Positions 24,502 to 37,361 of a stretch of DNA of 64,000 nt are shown here, piece after piece. Location of the stretch: NCBI RefSeq assembly GCF_003018115.1, contig NZ_CP027457.1; one strand, written 5' to 3'. This stretch comes from Escherichia coli. GTDB taxonomy: Bacteria > Pseudomonadota > Gammaproteobacteria > Enterobacterales > Enterobacteriaceae. The notes under the pieces are model-generated. The model had not been told where the DNA came from and did not search any database. It saw only the letters and a list, made by a program, of their open reading frames with translations. Positions within the stretch are counted from its first letter, which is position 1. Each line of letters begins with the position of its first letter. The position numbers and the translations under genes were made by a program.

Positions 24502-25803
24502 ATGGCGCAATTCTACTCTGCAAAACGACGCACGACGACGCGTCAGATCATAACCGTTTCAGTCAACGACCTCGACTCTTTTGGTCAGGGCGTGGCGCGA
24601 CATAACGGCAAAACGCTATTTATCCCCGGATTATTACCGCAGGAAAACGCGGAAGTTACTGTTACTGAAGATAAAAAACAGTATGCCCGCGCTAAAGTCG
24701 TACGCCGGTTAAGCGATAGCCCGGAACGCGAAACGCCACGCTGTCCTCATTTTGGCGTATGCGGCGGCTGTCAGCAACAACACGCCAGCGTGGATTTACA
24801 GCAGCGAAGCAAAAGTGCGGCACTCGCCCGATTAATGAAACACGAAGTCTCTGAAGTGATCGCCGATGTTCCCTGGGGCTATCGCCGTCGCGCGCGTTTA
24901 AGTCTGAATTACTTACCGAAAACACAGCAACTTCAGATGGGGTTTCGCAAAGCGGGCTCCAGTGACATTGTCGACGTTAAACAATGCCCCATTTTAGCGC
25001 CCCAACTTGAAGCATTGCTGCCCAAAGTCAGGGCATGCCTGGGCAGCTTACAAGCTATGCGCCATCTTGGTCATGTTGAACTGGTACAGGCAACCAGCGG
25101 CACGCTGATGATTTTGCGCCATACCGCACCGCTAAGTTCGGCAGATCGCGAAAAACTGGAACGCTTTTCGCATTCTGAAGGCCTGGATCTGTATCTCGCC
25201 CCCGATAGTGAGATACTCGAAACCGTCTCTGGTGAGATGCCCTGGTATGACTCAAACGGGTTGCGCTTAACTTTTAGCCCCCGCGATTTTATTCAGGTTA
25301 ATGCGGGTGTGAACCAAAAAATGGTAGCGCGTGCGTTGGAATGGCTGGATGTGGAACCTGAAGATCGCGTACTGGATCTGTTCTGCGGTATGGGCAACTT
25401 TACACTGCCATTGGCGACACAAGCAGCCAGTGTGGTGGGTGTAGAAGGTGTTCCGGCGCTGGTGGAAAAAGGCCAGCAGAATGCGCGTCTTAATGGCTTA
25501 CAGAATGTGACGTTTTATCATGAAAATCTTGAAGAAGATGTCACAAAGCAGCCGTGGGCGAAAAACGGCTTCGATAAAGTGTTGCTGGACCCGGCGCGAG
25601 CAGGTGCCGCAGGTGTTATGCAGCAAATTATAAAACTGGAACCTATTCGTATAGTTTATGTATCCTGTAACCCTGCAACGCTGGCTCGGGATAGCGAAGC
25701 GTTATTAAAAGCAGGATATACCATTGCGCGACTGGCGATGCTGGATATGTTCCCACACACGGGACATCTGGAATCGATGGTACTTTTCTCGCGCGTTAAA
25801 TAG
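24502..25803 (+). CDS. rlmD: 23S rRNA (uracil1939-C5)-methyltransferase
   Basis: 433-aa ORF with TRAM domain and Fe-S cysteines ([11 protein letters not shown]). Confidence 0.9.
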   Translation: MAQFYSAKRRTTTRQIITVSVNDLDSFGQGVARHNGKTLFIPGLLPQENAEVTVTEDKKQYARAKVVRRLSDSPERETPRCPHFGVCGGCQQQHASVDLQQRSKSAALARLMKHEVSEVIADVPWGYRRRARLSLNYLPKTQQLQMGFRKAGSSDIVDVKQCPILAPQLEALLPKVRACLGSLQAMRHLGHVELVQATSGTLMILRHTAPLSSADREKLERFSHSEGLDLYLAPDSEILETVSGEMPWYDSNGLRLTFSPRDFIQVNAGVNQKMVARALEWLDVEPEDRVLDLFCGMGNFTLPLATQAASVVGVEGVPALVEKGQQNARLNGLQNVTFYHENLEEDVTKQPWAKNGFDKVLLDPARAGAAGVMQQIIKLEPIRIVYVSCNPATLARDSEALLKAGYTIARLAMLDMFPHTGHLESMVLFSRVK

Positions 25804-25850
25804 TTGCGATTTGCCGATTTCGGCAGGTCTGGTCCCTAAAGGAGAGGACG

Positions 25851-28085
25851 ATGGTTGCGGTAAGAAGTGCACATATCAATAAGGCTGGTGAATTTGATCC
25901 GGAAAAATGGATCGCAAGTCTGGGTATTACCAGCCAGAAGTCGTGTGAGTGCTTAGCCGAAACCTGGGCGTATTGTCTGCAACAGACGCAGGGGCATCCG
26001 GATGCCAGTCTGTTATTGTGGCGTGGTGTTGAGATGGTGGAGATCCTCTCGACATTAAGTATGGACATTGACACGCTGCGGGCGGCGCTGCTTTTCCCTC
26101 TGGCGGATGCCAACGTAGTCAGCGAAGATGTGCTGCGTGAGAGCGTCGGTAAGTCGGTCGTTAACCTTATTCACGGCGTGCGTGATATGGCGGCGATCCG
26201 CCAGCTGAAAGCGACGCACACTGATTCTGTTTCCTCCGAACAGGTCGATAACGTTCGCCGGATGTTATTGGCGATGGTCGATGATTTTCGCTGCGTGGTC
26301 ATCAAACTGGCGGAGCGTATTGCTCATCTGCGTGAAGTAAAAGATGCGCCGGAAGATGAACGCGTACTGGCGGCAAAAGAGTGCACCAATATCTACGCGC
26401 CGTTGGCAAACCGTCTTGGGATTGGGCAACTGAAATGGGAGCTGGAAGATTACTGCTTCCGTTATCTCCACCCGACCGAATACAAACGCATCGCAAAACT
26501 GTTGCATGAACGCCGTCTCGACCGCGAACACTATATCGAAGAGTTTGTCGGCCATCTGCGCGCTGAGATGAAAGCTGAAGGCGTTAAAGCTGAAGTGTAT
26601 GGTCGTCCGAAACACATCTACAGCATCTGGCGCAAAATGCAGAAAAAGAACCTCGCCTTCGATGAGCTGTTTGATGTGCGTGCGGTACGTATTGTCGCCG
26701 AGCGTTTACAGGATTGTTATGCCGCACTGGGGATAGTGCACACTCACTATCGCCACCTGCCGGATGAGTTTGACGATTACGTCGCTAACCCGAAACCAAA
26801 CGGTTATCAGTCTATTCATACCGTGGTTCTGGGGCCGGGTGGAAAAACCGTTGAGATCCAAATCCGCACCAAACAGATGCATGAAGATGCAGAGTTGGGT
26901 GTTGCTGCGCACTGGAAATATAAAGAGGGCGCGGCTGCTGGCGGCGCACGTTCGGGACATGAAGACCGGATTGCCTGGCTGCGTAAACTGATTGCGTGGC
27001 AGGAAGAGATGGCTGATTCCGGCGAAATGCTCGACGAAGTACGTAGTCAGGTCTTTGACGACCGAGTGTACGTCTTTACGCCGAAAGGTGATGTCGTTGA
27101 TTTGCCTGCGGGATCAACGCCGCTGGACTTCGCTTACCACATCCACAGTGATGTCGGACACCGCTGCATCGGGGCAAAAATTGGCGGGCGCATTGTGCCG
27201 TTCACCTACCAGCTGCAGATGGGCGACCAGATTGAAATTATCACCCAGAAACAGCCGAACCCCAGCCGTGACTGGTTAAACCCAAACCTCGGTTACGTCA
27301 CAACCAGCCGTGGGCGCTCGAAAATTCACGCCTGGTTCCGTAAACAGGACCGTGACAAAAACATTCTGGCTGGGCGGCAAATCCTTGACGACGAGCTGGA
27401 ACATCTGGGGATCAGCCTGAAAGAAGCAGAAAAACATCTGCTGCCGCGTTACAACTTCAATGATGTCGACGAGTTGTTGGCGGCGATTGGTGGCGGGGAT
27501 ATCCGTCTCAATCAGATGGTGAACTTCCTGCAATCGCAATTTAATAAGCCGAGTGCCGAAGAGCAGGACGCCGCCGCGCTGAAACAGCTTCAGCAAAAAA
27601 GCTACACACCGCAAAACCGCAGTAAAGATAACGGTCGTGTGGTGGTTGAAGGTGTCGGTAACCTGATGCACCACATCGCGCGCTGCTGCCAGCCGATTCC
27701 TGGAGATGAGATTGTCGGCTTCATTACCCAGGGACGCGGTATTTCAGTACACCGCGCCGATTGCGAACAACTGGCGGAACTGCGCTCCCATGCGCCAGAA
27801 CGCATTGTTGACGCGGTATGGGGTGAGAGCTACTCCGCCGGATATTCGCTGGTGGTCCGCGTGGTGGCTAATGATCGTAGTGGGTTGTTACGTGATATCA
27901 CGACCATTCTCGCCAACGAGAAGGTGAACGTACTTGGCGTTGCCAGCCGTAGCGACACCAAACAGCAACTGGCGACCATCGACATGACCATTGAGATTTA
28001 CAACCTGCAGGTGCTGGGTCGCGTGCTGGGTAAACTCAACCAAGTGCCGGATGTTATCGACGCGCGTCGGTTGCACGGGAGTTAG
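25851..28085 (+). CDS. relA: GTP pyrophosphokinase ((p)ppGpp synthetase I)
   Basis: 744-aa ORF MVAVRSAHINKAGEFDPEKWIASL... Confidence 0.93.
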   Translation: MVAVRSAHINKAGEFDPEKWIASLGITSQKSCECLAETWAYCLQQTQGHPDASLLLWRGVEMVEILSTLSMDIDTLRAALLFPLADANVVSEDVLRESVGKSVVNLIHGVRDMAAIRQLKATHTDSVSSEQVDNVRRMLLAMVDDFRCVVIKLAERIAHLREVKDAPEDERVLAAKECTNIYAPLANRLGIGQLKWELEDYCFRYLHPTEYKRIAKLLHERRLDREHYIEEFVGHLRAEMKAEGVKAEVYGRPKHIYSIWRKMQKKNLAFDELFDVRAVRIVAERLQDCYAALGIVHTHYRHLPDEFDDYVANPKPNGYQSIHTVVLGPGGKTVEIQIRTKQMHEDAELGVAAHWKYKEGAAAGGARSGHEDRIAWLRKLIAWQEEMADSGEMLDEVRSQVFDDRVYVFTPKGDVVDLPAGSTPLDFAYHIHSDVGHRCIGAKIGGRIVPFTYQLQMGDQIEIITQKQPNPSRDWLNPNLGYVTTSRGRSKIHAWFRKQDRDKNILAGRQILDDELEHLGISLKEAEKHLLPRYNFNDVDELLAAIGGGDIRLNQMVNFLQSQFNKPSAEEQDAAALKQLQQKSYTPQNRSKDNGRVVVEGVGNLMHHIARCCQPIPGDEIVGFITQGRGISVHRADCEQLAELRSHAPERIVDAVWGESYSAGYSLVVRVVANDRSGLLRDITTILANEKVNVLGVASRSDTKQQLATIDMTIEIYNLQVLGRVLGKLNQVPDVIDARRLHGS

Positions 28086-28094
28086 TCTTACATA

Positions 28095-28135
28095 GCTGGA
28101 TATGGCGTCAGCCGTATCCAGCGATATCTTTTACT
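28095..28135 (+). terminator. intrinsic terminator after relA (12-bp stem GCTGGATATGGC / GCCGTATCCAGC, loop GTCA, tail GATATCTTTT)
   Basis: Read directly; one G-U pair. Confidence 0.65.
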
Positions 28136-28180
28136 CGAAGGTATTACACCTGACAGACCCGCAATTTTCAGGACAATTCA

Positions 28181-28972
28181 ATGAATCAAATCGACCGTTT
28201 GCTCACTATTATGCAGCGCCTGCGCGATCCGGAAAACGGCTGCCCGTGGGATAAAGAGCAGACATTTGCCACCATTGCGCCTTACACCCTTGAAGAAACC
28301 TACGAAGTGCTGGACGCCATCGCCCGTGAAGATTTTGACGATCTTCGCGGTGAACTGGGCGATCTGCTATTCCAGGTGGTGTTTTACGCGCAAATGGCTC
28401 AGGAAGAAGGGCGCTTTGACTTTAATGATATTTGCGCTGCTATTAGCGATAAATTAGAGCGTCGCCATCCGCATGTTTTTGCTGATAGTTCTGCCGAAAA
28501 CAGTAGTGAAGTGCTTGCCCGTTGGGAGCAAATCAAAACCGAAGAGCGCGCGCAGAAAGCGCAGCATTCGGCGCTGGACGATATTCCTCGTAGTTTACCG
28601 GCTTTAATGCGGGCGCAAAAAATCCAGAAACGTTGCGCCAACGTTGGCTTCGACTGGACGACGCTTGGCCCGGTGGTTGATAAAGTCTACGAAGAGATCG
28701 ACGAGGTGATGTACGAGGCGCGGCAGGCTGTTGTCGACCAGGCTAAACTGGAGGAGGAAATGGGTGACCTGCTGTTTGCCACGGTCAATCTGGCTCGTCA
28801 TTTAGGGACAAAAGCGGAAATCGCATTGCAAAAAGCGAACGAAAAATTCGAGCGTCGTTTTCGCGAAGTGGAGCGTATTGTTGCCGCGCGTGGACTGGAA
28901 ATGACAGGTGTTGACCTCGAAACAATGGAAGAAGTCTGGCAACAGGTAAAACGGCAGGAAATTGATCTCTAA
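28181..28972 (+). CDS. mazG: nucleoside triphosphate pyrophosphohydrolase MazG
   Basis: 263-aa ORF MNQIDRLLTIMQRLRDPENGCPWDKEQTF... Confidence 0.92.
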   Translation: MNQIDRLLTIMQRLRDPENGCPWDKEQTFATIAPYTLEETYEVLDAIAREDFDDLRGELGDLLFQVVFYAQMAQEEGRFDFNDICAAISDKLERRHPHVFADSSAENSSEVLARWEQIKTEERAQKAQHSALDDIPRSLPALMRAQKIQKRCANVGFDWTTLGPVVDKVYEEIDEVMYEARQAVVDQAKLEEEMGDLLFATVNLARHLGTKAEIALQKANEKFERRFREVERIVAARGLEMTGVDLETMEEVWQQVKRQEIDL

Positions 28973-29184
28973 GGGAATTACGCGGTCAAGCGCCATTTGT
29001 GTCATTTTTTAAATGACAAGCGCTTGATTTGCGTCAAAAACATTTACCCCAAAGGGGCTATTTTCTCACTCCTGATTTCAATAGTGCGCTGGCGAAGAGG
29101 AGGGATAATGAAAGTTTGTGGCACAGGTCATGTTCGGGTATACTGCTTTCCCGTCCTGGTTATTCCATCGTCTTTTCAACCTAA

Positions 29185-30837
<1,653 letters not shown>

Positions 30838-30855
30838 GTAAAAAAGTTAGAACGG

Positions 30856-30887
30856 CAACGCGTACCCTGGGTACGCGTTGTTTGTCT
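30856..30887 (+). terminator. hairpin CAACGCGTACCC-TGG-GTACGCGTTG + TTTGTCT between pyrG and eno (partial terminator/attenuator)
   Basis: Read directly. Confidence 0.6.
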
Positions 30888-30909
30888 GGAGTTTCAGTTT
30901 AACTAGTGA

Positions 30910-32223
<1,314 letters not shown>

Positions 32224-32245
32224 GTCTGACTTTATCTGATTTGAT

Positions 32246-32275
32246 AATGCCAGCCTTCGGGCTGGCATTTTTTAT
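32246..32275. terminator. hairpin AATGCCAGCC-TTCG-GGCTGGCATT + T7, shared by convergent eno and ygcG
   Basis: Read directly. Confidence 0.75.
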
Positions 32276-32282
32276 GGTGGAG

Positions 32283-33155
32283 TTACCAGCGGCCGGATGC
32301 GCCGCCACCGCCAGAAGAACCGCCCCCGCCGCTAAATCCGCCGCCACTTGAGCCTCCAGCGGAACCGCTGTTGTCTGAATGATAACTTCTACCAGATGCT
32401 CTTTTCTGAAGTACACATAAACAGGTAAAGACCATAAATATGGTGAAAGTAAAAAAGAAGGAAAATACAGCAATGGAAAAAGTTTTATCGGAGAACAGGA
32501 ATAAATCTAAAAGATGGATTGCTGAAATACAGACTCCACTTTTACATGCGCGACAAAAATTACTGCCTTGATGAAAAAACCAGAAAGGGAAGAACATCAC
32601 TGCAAATACCCAAAAAATAGCAAAGTAATAATGATCAGTGGAAGACGTTGATTCACTTTCTGAAGGATTAGCCGGATATTGGTGTTGTGAAGTGAGTTGG
32701 TTATTCAAAGCGATTATAGCTAACTCTAATCCCTTAGCTAATTTTTGTTGTTTAAATGCGGGTATCATGTTGCTACGGATGATATCTCCAGCCAGAGCAT
32801 CGGTTACCTTTTCTTCCAGCCCATAACCTACCTGGATGCGGACAGTGCGATCCGACCAGGCAACAACGATCAGTATCCCATCATTACGTTTGGCATCTCC
32901 TAAACGCCAATTGTCAAAAACTCTTGTAGCATATTGTTCAATTGTCTCATCTTTGGTTGTGGAAACAATTAATACAGCAATTTGCACTTGGGTATTATTG
33001 AAAATAGATTCTAACTTGTGCGTCAGTTCTTTCTTTTCTTGTGAGTTTAAGCTACTCGTAAGATCCGTAACTTGTTGCTGTAATTGTGGGACAATAGTTG
33101 GTTGGGCTGCAACAAAGGAACATACGAAAGTGAACATTAGTATGAAATAGCGCAT
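32283..33155 (-). CDS. ygcG: TPM-domain membrane protein with Gly/Ser-rich C-terminus
   Basis: ORF with signal-like N-terminus [18 protein letters not shown] and [15 protein letters not shown] tail; start taken at internal Met. Confidence 0.75.
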   Translation of the reverse strand: MRYFILMFTFVCSFVAAQPTIVPQLQQQVTDLTSSLNSQEKKELTHKLESIFNNTQVQIAVLIVSTTKDETIEQYATRVFDNWRLGDAKRNDGILIVVAWSDRTVRIQVGYGLEEKVTDALAGDIIRSNMIPAFKQQKLAKGLELAIIALNNQLTSQHQYPANPSESESTSSTDHYYFAIFWVFAVMFFPFWFFHQGSNFCRACKSGVCISAIHLLDLFLFSDKTFSIAVFSFFFTFTIFMVFTCLCVLQKRASGRSYHSDNSGSAGGSSGGGFSGGGGSSGGGGASGRW

Positions 33156-33447
33156 TATAAATTTCTCATTAAATCTGGATAAATAAATTGACGGCGGCAT
33201 CGGTAATTTTAGATTCGTTATCATTAAAAACTAATACAGAAAAAATAAATATAATTTTGGTGAATGTTTTGACATGATTAAATCCATTTTATTTATTTTC
33301 TTCTGACATAATACGTTACTCCCTTTAATTATTAACGATATGTTTCGCATTTTTCTTTAAATCTGCATGTAACAGAATGTTAATAAGACATGATTGTTGC
33401 GGCAGGATCTGCAATAATTAACAATTATCCACTTCACAGAGAATGCT

Positions 33448-34119
33448 ATGCAGTACCCGATTAACGAGATGTTCCAGACCCTGCAAGGTGAGGGTTACTT
33501 TACCGGCGTCCCCGCCATTTTTATTCGTTTACAGGGATGCCCGGTTGGCTGTGCCTGGTGCGACACCAAACACACCTGGGAAAAGCTTGAGGATCGGGAA
33601 GTCTCCCTTTTCAGCATTCTGGCGAAGACCAAAGAGAGTGATAAGTGGGGGGCGGCGAGCAGTGAAGATTTGCTGGCTGTCATTGGTCGTCAGGGATATA
33701 CCGCGTGGCATGTGGTGATTACGGGTGGTGAGCCTTGCATTCATGATTTGCTGCCACTGACTGACCTGCTCGAAAAGAACGGTTTTAGCTGCCAGATCGA
33801 AACCAGTGGGACTCATGAAGTACGCTGCACACCGAATACCTGGGTTACCGTATCACCAAAGCTGAACATGCGCGGCGGCTATGAAGTGTTGTCACAGGCA
33901 CTGGAGCGAGCCAACGAAATCAAGCATCCAGTGGGGCGCGTACGTGATATTGAAGCACTGGATGAACTACTGGCAACGCTGACCGATGATAAACCGCGAG
34001 TCATTGCACTGCAGCCGATTAGCCAAAAGGATGATGCCACACGTTTGTGCATTGAAACCTGCATTGCGCGTAATTGGCGTTTGTCGATGCAAACCCATAA
34101 ATATCTAAATATTGCCTGA
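33448..34119 (+). CDS. queE: 7-carboxy-7-deazaguanine synthase (radical SAM)
   Basis: 223-aa ORF with CPVGCAWC cluster; formerly ygcF. Confidence 0.88.
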   Translation: MQYPINEMFQTLQGEGYFTGVPAIFIRLQGCPVGCAWCDTKHTWEKLEDREVSLFSILAKTKESDKWGAASSEDLLAVIGRQGYTAWHVVITGGEPCIHDLLPLTDLLEKNGFSCQIETSGTHEVRCTPNTWVTVSPKLNMRGGYEVLSQALERANEIKHPVGRVRDIEALDELLATLTDDKPRVIALQPISQKDDATRLCIETCIARNWRLSMQTHKYLNIA

Positions 34120-34299
34120 TTAAACATTTATAAGCGTTATAAATGGGTGGAACCTGTAAAGACTTCTACTCATTTATATTGTTTGTCGCCTCTGAAAACT
34201 CCTCCATTTTCCCCATCCAGGGCTAATCATTAGCATTCTCTACAAATTCTGCGGCATTAATTTTTCGCTGGAGTGAAAATTATTGCGGCAAAGTTTGGT

Positions 34300-34458
34300 A
34301 GATTTTAGTTTGTATAGAGTTATTTTAAATATTTACCTTTTTAATCAATGGATTAAGCGCTCTTTAACATAATGGATGTGTTGTTTGTGTGATACTGTAA
34401 AGTTGGTAGATTGTGACTGGCTTAAAAAATCATTAATTAATAATAGGTTATGTTTAGA
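34300..34458 (+). promoter_or_regulatory. type I-E CRISPR leader (AT-rich, ends ...CTGGCTTAAAAAATCATTAATTAATAATAGGTTATGTTTAGA immediately before repeat 1)
   Basis: AT-rich segment directly upstream of the first full repeat; resembles the E. coli leader as recalled. Confidence 0.65.
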
Positions 34459-35219
34459 GAGTTCCCCGCGCCAGCGGGGATAAACCGAAAATTGGGACGC
34501 TAACTCATGGGTCTGGGTAGAGTTCCCCGCGCCAGCGGGGATAAACCGGGAAAAACGCCTGTGGTTGGGGCTGAACCAGGGAGTTCCCCGCGCCAGCGGG
34601 GATAAACCGTCGGCGCGCTCTCTGTAGAGCGGTTGTGTGATGAGTTCCCCGCGCCAGCGGGGATAAACCGTCGTCGGGTCCGACAGGGGTCGGTTGTTCG
34701 CCGAGTTCCCCGCGCCAGCGGGGATAAACCGGCTTAATAAACGAGGAGAATACCGATGTTTTTAAGTTCCCCGCGCCAGCGGGGATAAACCGTTCTTTTA
34801 ATGGCGTCAGGCCCATTACAGAGCGAGTTCCCCGCGCCAGCGGGGATAAACCGTTTTGACGATTATTCTAAAAGTGAAAATAGCAGAGTTCCCCGCGCCA
34901 GCGGGGATAAACCGCACGCTGGAGTGACCGGGTGGCAGAGCATGACGAGTTCCCCGCGCCAGCGGGGATAAACCGCCATTTCATCATGAACGGCGGAAAT
35001 ATCGTGGGAGTTCCCCGCGCCAGCGGGGATAAACCGGTCAGTTCCCGGTTGATATATATGATGAGCATGAGTTCCCCGCGCCAGCGGGGATAAACCGCGC
35101 AATGGCGCGGCGATTGCTCTCGAGATCAAGTGTTCCCCGCGCCAGCGGGGATAAACCGGGTACAAAAGAGGCCCCATTCTGGCAGGGCTCGAGTTCCCCG
35201 CGCCAGTGGGGATAAACCA
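34459..35219 (+). CRISPR. type I-E CRISPR array, 13 repeats and 12 spacers of 32 nt, repeat GAGTTCCCCGCGCCAGCGGGGATAAACCG
   Basis: Repeats start at 34459, 34520, 34581, 34642, 34703, 34764, 34825, 34886, 34947, 35008, 35069, 35130, 35191 (61-bp period); variants AAG.. at 34764 and GTG.. at 35130; last repeat degenerate (..CCAGTGGGGATAAACCA). Confidence 0.97.
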
Positions 35220-35672
35220 CCATATAACCCGTTATCTCTTTCTCAAGTTTTTATATTAGCTGTACTTGTAATAAGCAACATATCCACGTAACACCTCATG
35301 TTCATAATAGTTCCCCATGCCAGATAAGTTCACAATTATCGATACAAAAAATTAAAGTTAATCAAAGTGTTATTTGTATAATTCTTAAGCCGTTAAGAAA
35401 TTTTAATCTATTATTTTTTTAATATTAATTAATGCCTGTTAATTTTTTCTTTAGTATAACAGTGTGTTTTTTAAGCTTGTTATTCATTGATTAAGTAATA
35501 AATCTGGAAATTTGTCTTTGTTTTGAGGCTAATGAGTGGTTTTACATAACCGCCTCTATACGCTGTTGATGAATAGTTCTTATGAATAAAGATATCCAGT
35601 TCATACTTTAAGTGAAAATTGATAAAGTGCGATTCGTATTGTCTTTTATTCTAAAGACATCGAGTGTAGTTA

Positions 35673-35811
35673 ATATTCCTTGTAAAAACAGGGATAAACC
35701 GAACTAGTTGAAGTTTTTATTATGTTCCCTGCATCAGCGGGGATAAACCGGACTTGTTATCATTTTTTAAGTTGTCGAACTTATGTTCCCCGCGTCAGCG
35801 GGGATAACCAT
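35673..35811 (+). CRISPR. degenerate CRISPR remnant (partial repeat ending 35701; repeats at 35722-35750 and 35783-35811; one 32-nt spacer)
   Basis: ATGTTCCCTGCATCAGCGGGGATAAACCG and ATGTTCCCCGCGTCAGCGGGGATAACCAT with 61-bp period. Confidence 0.8.
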
Positions 35812-35856
35812 TCAGGTATGTTCAGGCCGGGCAGTTTCCCGCCCGGTCTTCCTCAC

Positions 35857-37335
35857 TTACGCATTCGACCAGCTCTGGATCGAATCCGCATTCCCCAATT
35901 CCCCATGCATCACTTCATACGATTTTTTCAGGATCACATCAGTATGTTTGGTTAGGGCTTTGAAAATACCTTTATTCATCGCGTCGTAGCGTTTGGCATT
36001 GCTCTCAACAGGCATAAAGATATCTTTCACGCGAACCATTTTGTCGACAGCCGTTGCGTAATCCGGGTATAGCCCCAGACCTACCGCCGTATTGATCGCT
36101 GCCCCCAGACTTGCACAACCGTTAATGGCGTTACGGCGTGCAGGAAGGTTGAACACGTCGGCAAAAATTTGCATAAATAGATCGCTGTTCGAACCGCCGC
36201 CAGTAATGATCACATGCTTTGCAAAGTGATTCATTTCATTACACATATTGTCGTAATTGTTCTTCAGCGTCAGCGCCACGCTTTCCAGTATCGAACGATA
36301 TATCCATGCGTAATCCATGCTGGAATCAAAGCCGATCATAATCCCACGTTTGTAGGGTTCCCACGGGTTGGTCAGCCAGTCCAGCACCGTCATCAGACCA
36401 TTACAGCCAGGCGGCACACAAGAAGCTTTTTTGTTGAGCAAATCTTCCGGTGAAAGATCCTGTGCTTTGGCATCCTGAATTAACGACTCGCCTAACATGT
36501 CGCGTAGCCAGCTCACCGTCCACATGCCTTTACGGATACCGTACCCTTCATACAGCAATGTTTCCGGAATAGAAGACATAATCGGCCAGTACGCCACCGG
36601 ATCTTTCGGCAGTGCTTTACCGTTCATCATCAGCGCGATGTAGGTGCCAAGAGAAATCACCGCCGTTTCATCATCCAGCAATCCGGCTCCCAGAGCTTCT
36701 ACCGGTTTATCACTGGTGGTACAAACAACCGGCAGCCCTGCCGGGAAATGTGTCGCCAGCGCGGCTTGAGGTGTGATCTGTCCAAGAACAGTGCCTGGCA
36801 TTTGCACATCAAACAGCATATGACGGGGGATATTAAACTTCTCCATGACTGCGGCATCTTCACTCCATGCCCAGCTCTTATAATCCACCGGCCACTGACC
36901 AAAATAGTTGGCGATATTGTCTTTAAACTCGCCGGTTAAGCGATGCGTCAGATAACCCGAAAAAGAGGTGACATATGCCACGTCAGGATTAGTGTGTTCG
37001 TAGGGACGCGTTACGCGTGCATCCTGCCAGCTAATCAATGGCGCAGCTGGCGTGCCATCGGCTTTCAATAACGCACGGCAGCAACGGATGGATCCCAGAC
37101 CAATACCGACAATATCTTCTTTATTCCCGGCAAACTGACTCATCAAATCGTGACCGGCAAAACATAATGATGCCCATAAATCGTCGTCAGGATGTTCTGC
37201 GGTATCGGCATCTGGCGTGTGCATCGGCTGCAATAAGCCTTTACCTTCGCAAACCACATTACCTTCCAGATCGTACATCACCACTTTTGTGCTCTGACTT
37301 CCGCCATCAATCCCTATGATGTATTTTTTCGACAT
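35857..37335 (-). CDS. ygcE: FGGY-family carbohydrate kinase
   Basis: 492-aa ORF MSKKYIIGIDGGSQSTKVVMYD... Confidence 0.8.
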   Translation of the reverse strand: MSKKYIIGIDGGSQSTKVVMYDLEGNVVCEGKGLLQPMHTPDADTAEHPDDDLWASLCFAGHDLMSQFAGNKEDIVGIGLGSIRCCRALLKADGTPAAPLISWQDARVTRPYEHTNPDVAYVTSFSGYLTHRLTGEFKDNIANYFGQWPVDYKSWAWSEDAAVMEKFNIPRHMLFDVQMPGTVLGQITPQAALATHFPAGLPVVCTTSDKPVEALGAGLLDDETAVISLGTYIALMMNGKALPKDPVAYWPIMSSIPETLLYEGYGIRKGMWTVSWLRDMLGESLIQDAKAQDLSPEDLLNKKASCVPPGCNGLMTVLDWLTNPWEPYKRGIMIGFDSSMDYAWIYRSILESVALTLKNNYDNMCNEMNHFAKHVIITGGGSNSDLFMQIFADVFNLPARRNAINGCASLGAAINTAVGLGLYPDYATAVDKMVRVKDIFMPVESNAKRYDAMNKGIFKALTKHTDVILKKSYEVMHGELGNADSIQSWSNA

Positions 37336-37361
37336 GATTTTTCTCCTGTAATTTTCCTGGC

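Noticed and set aside
28994-29070. Imperfect palindromes in the mazG-pyrG spacer (TCAAGCGC...GCGCTTGA; CCCCAAAGGGG + T-rich)
   Set aside because: Probably the mazG terminator and pyrG promoter context; the stems are short or imperfect and nothing suggests more than routine punctuation.
34505-35223. Four minus-strand ORFs (34505-34816, 34863-35177, 34868-35068, 35038-35223) with recurring peptide motifs such as VYPRWRGE, FIPAGAGN, GLSPLARGT
   Set aside because: They are translations of the 29-bp CRISPR repeat in different frames; the periodic motifs come from the repeat, not from a repeat protein.
35722-35989. Plus-strand ORFs of 77 and 68 aa beginning inside the degenerate repeats
   Set aside because: They start within the CRISPR remnant, overlap the 3' end of ygcE on the opposite strand, and have no RBS.
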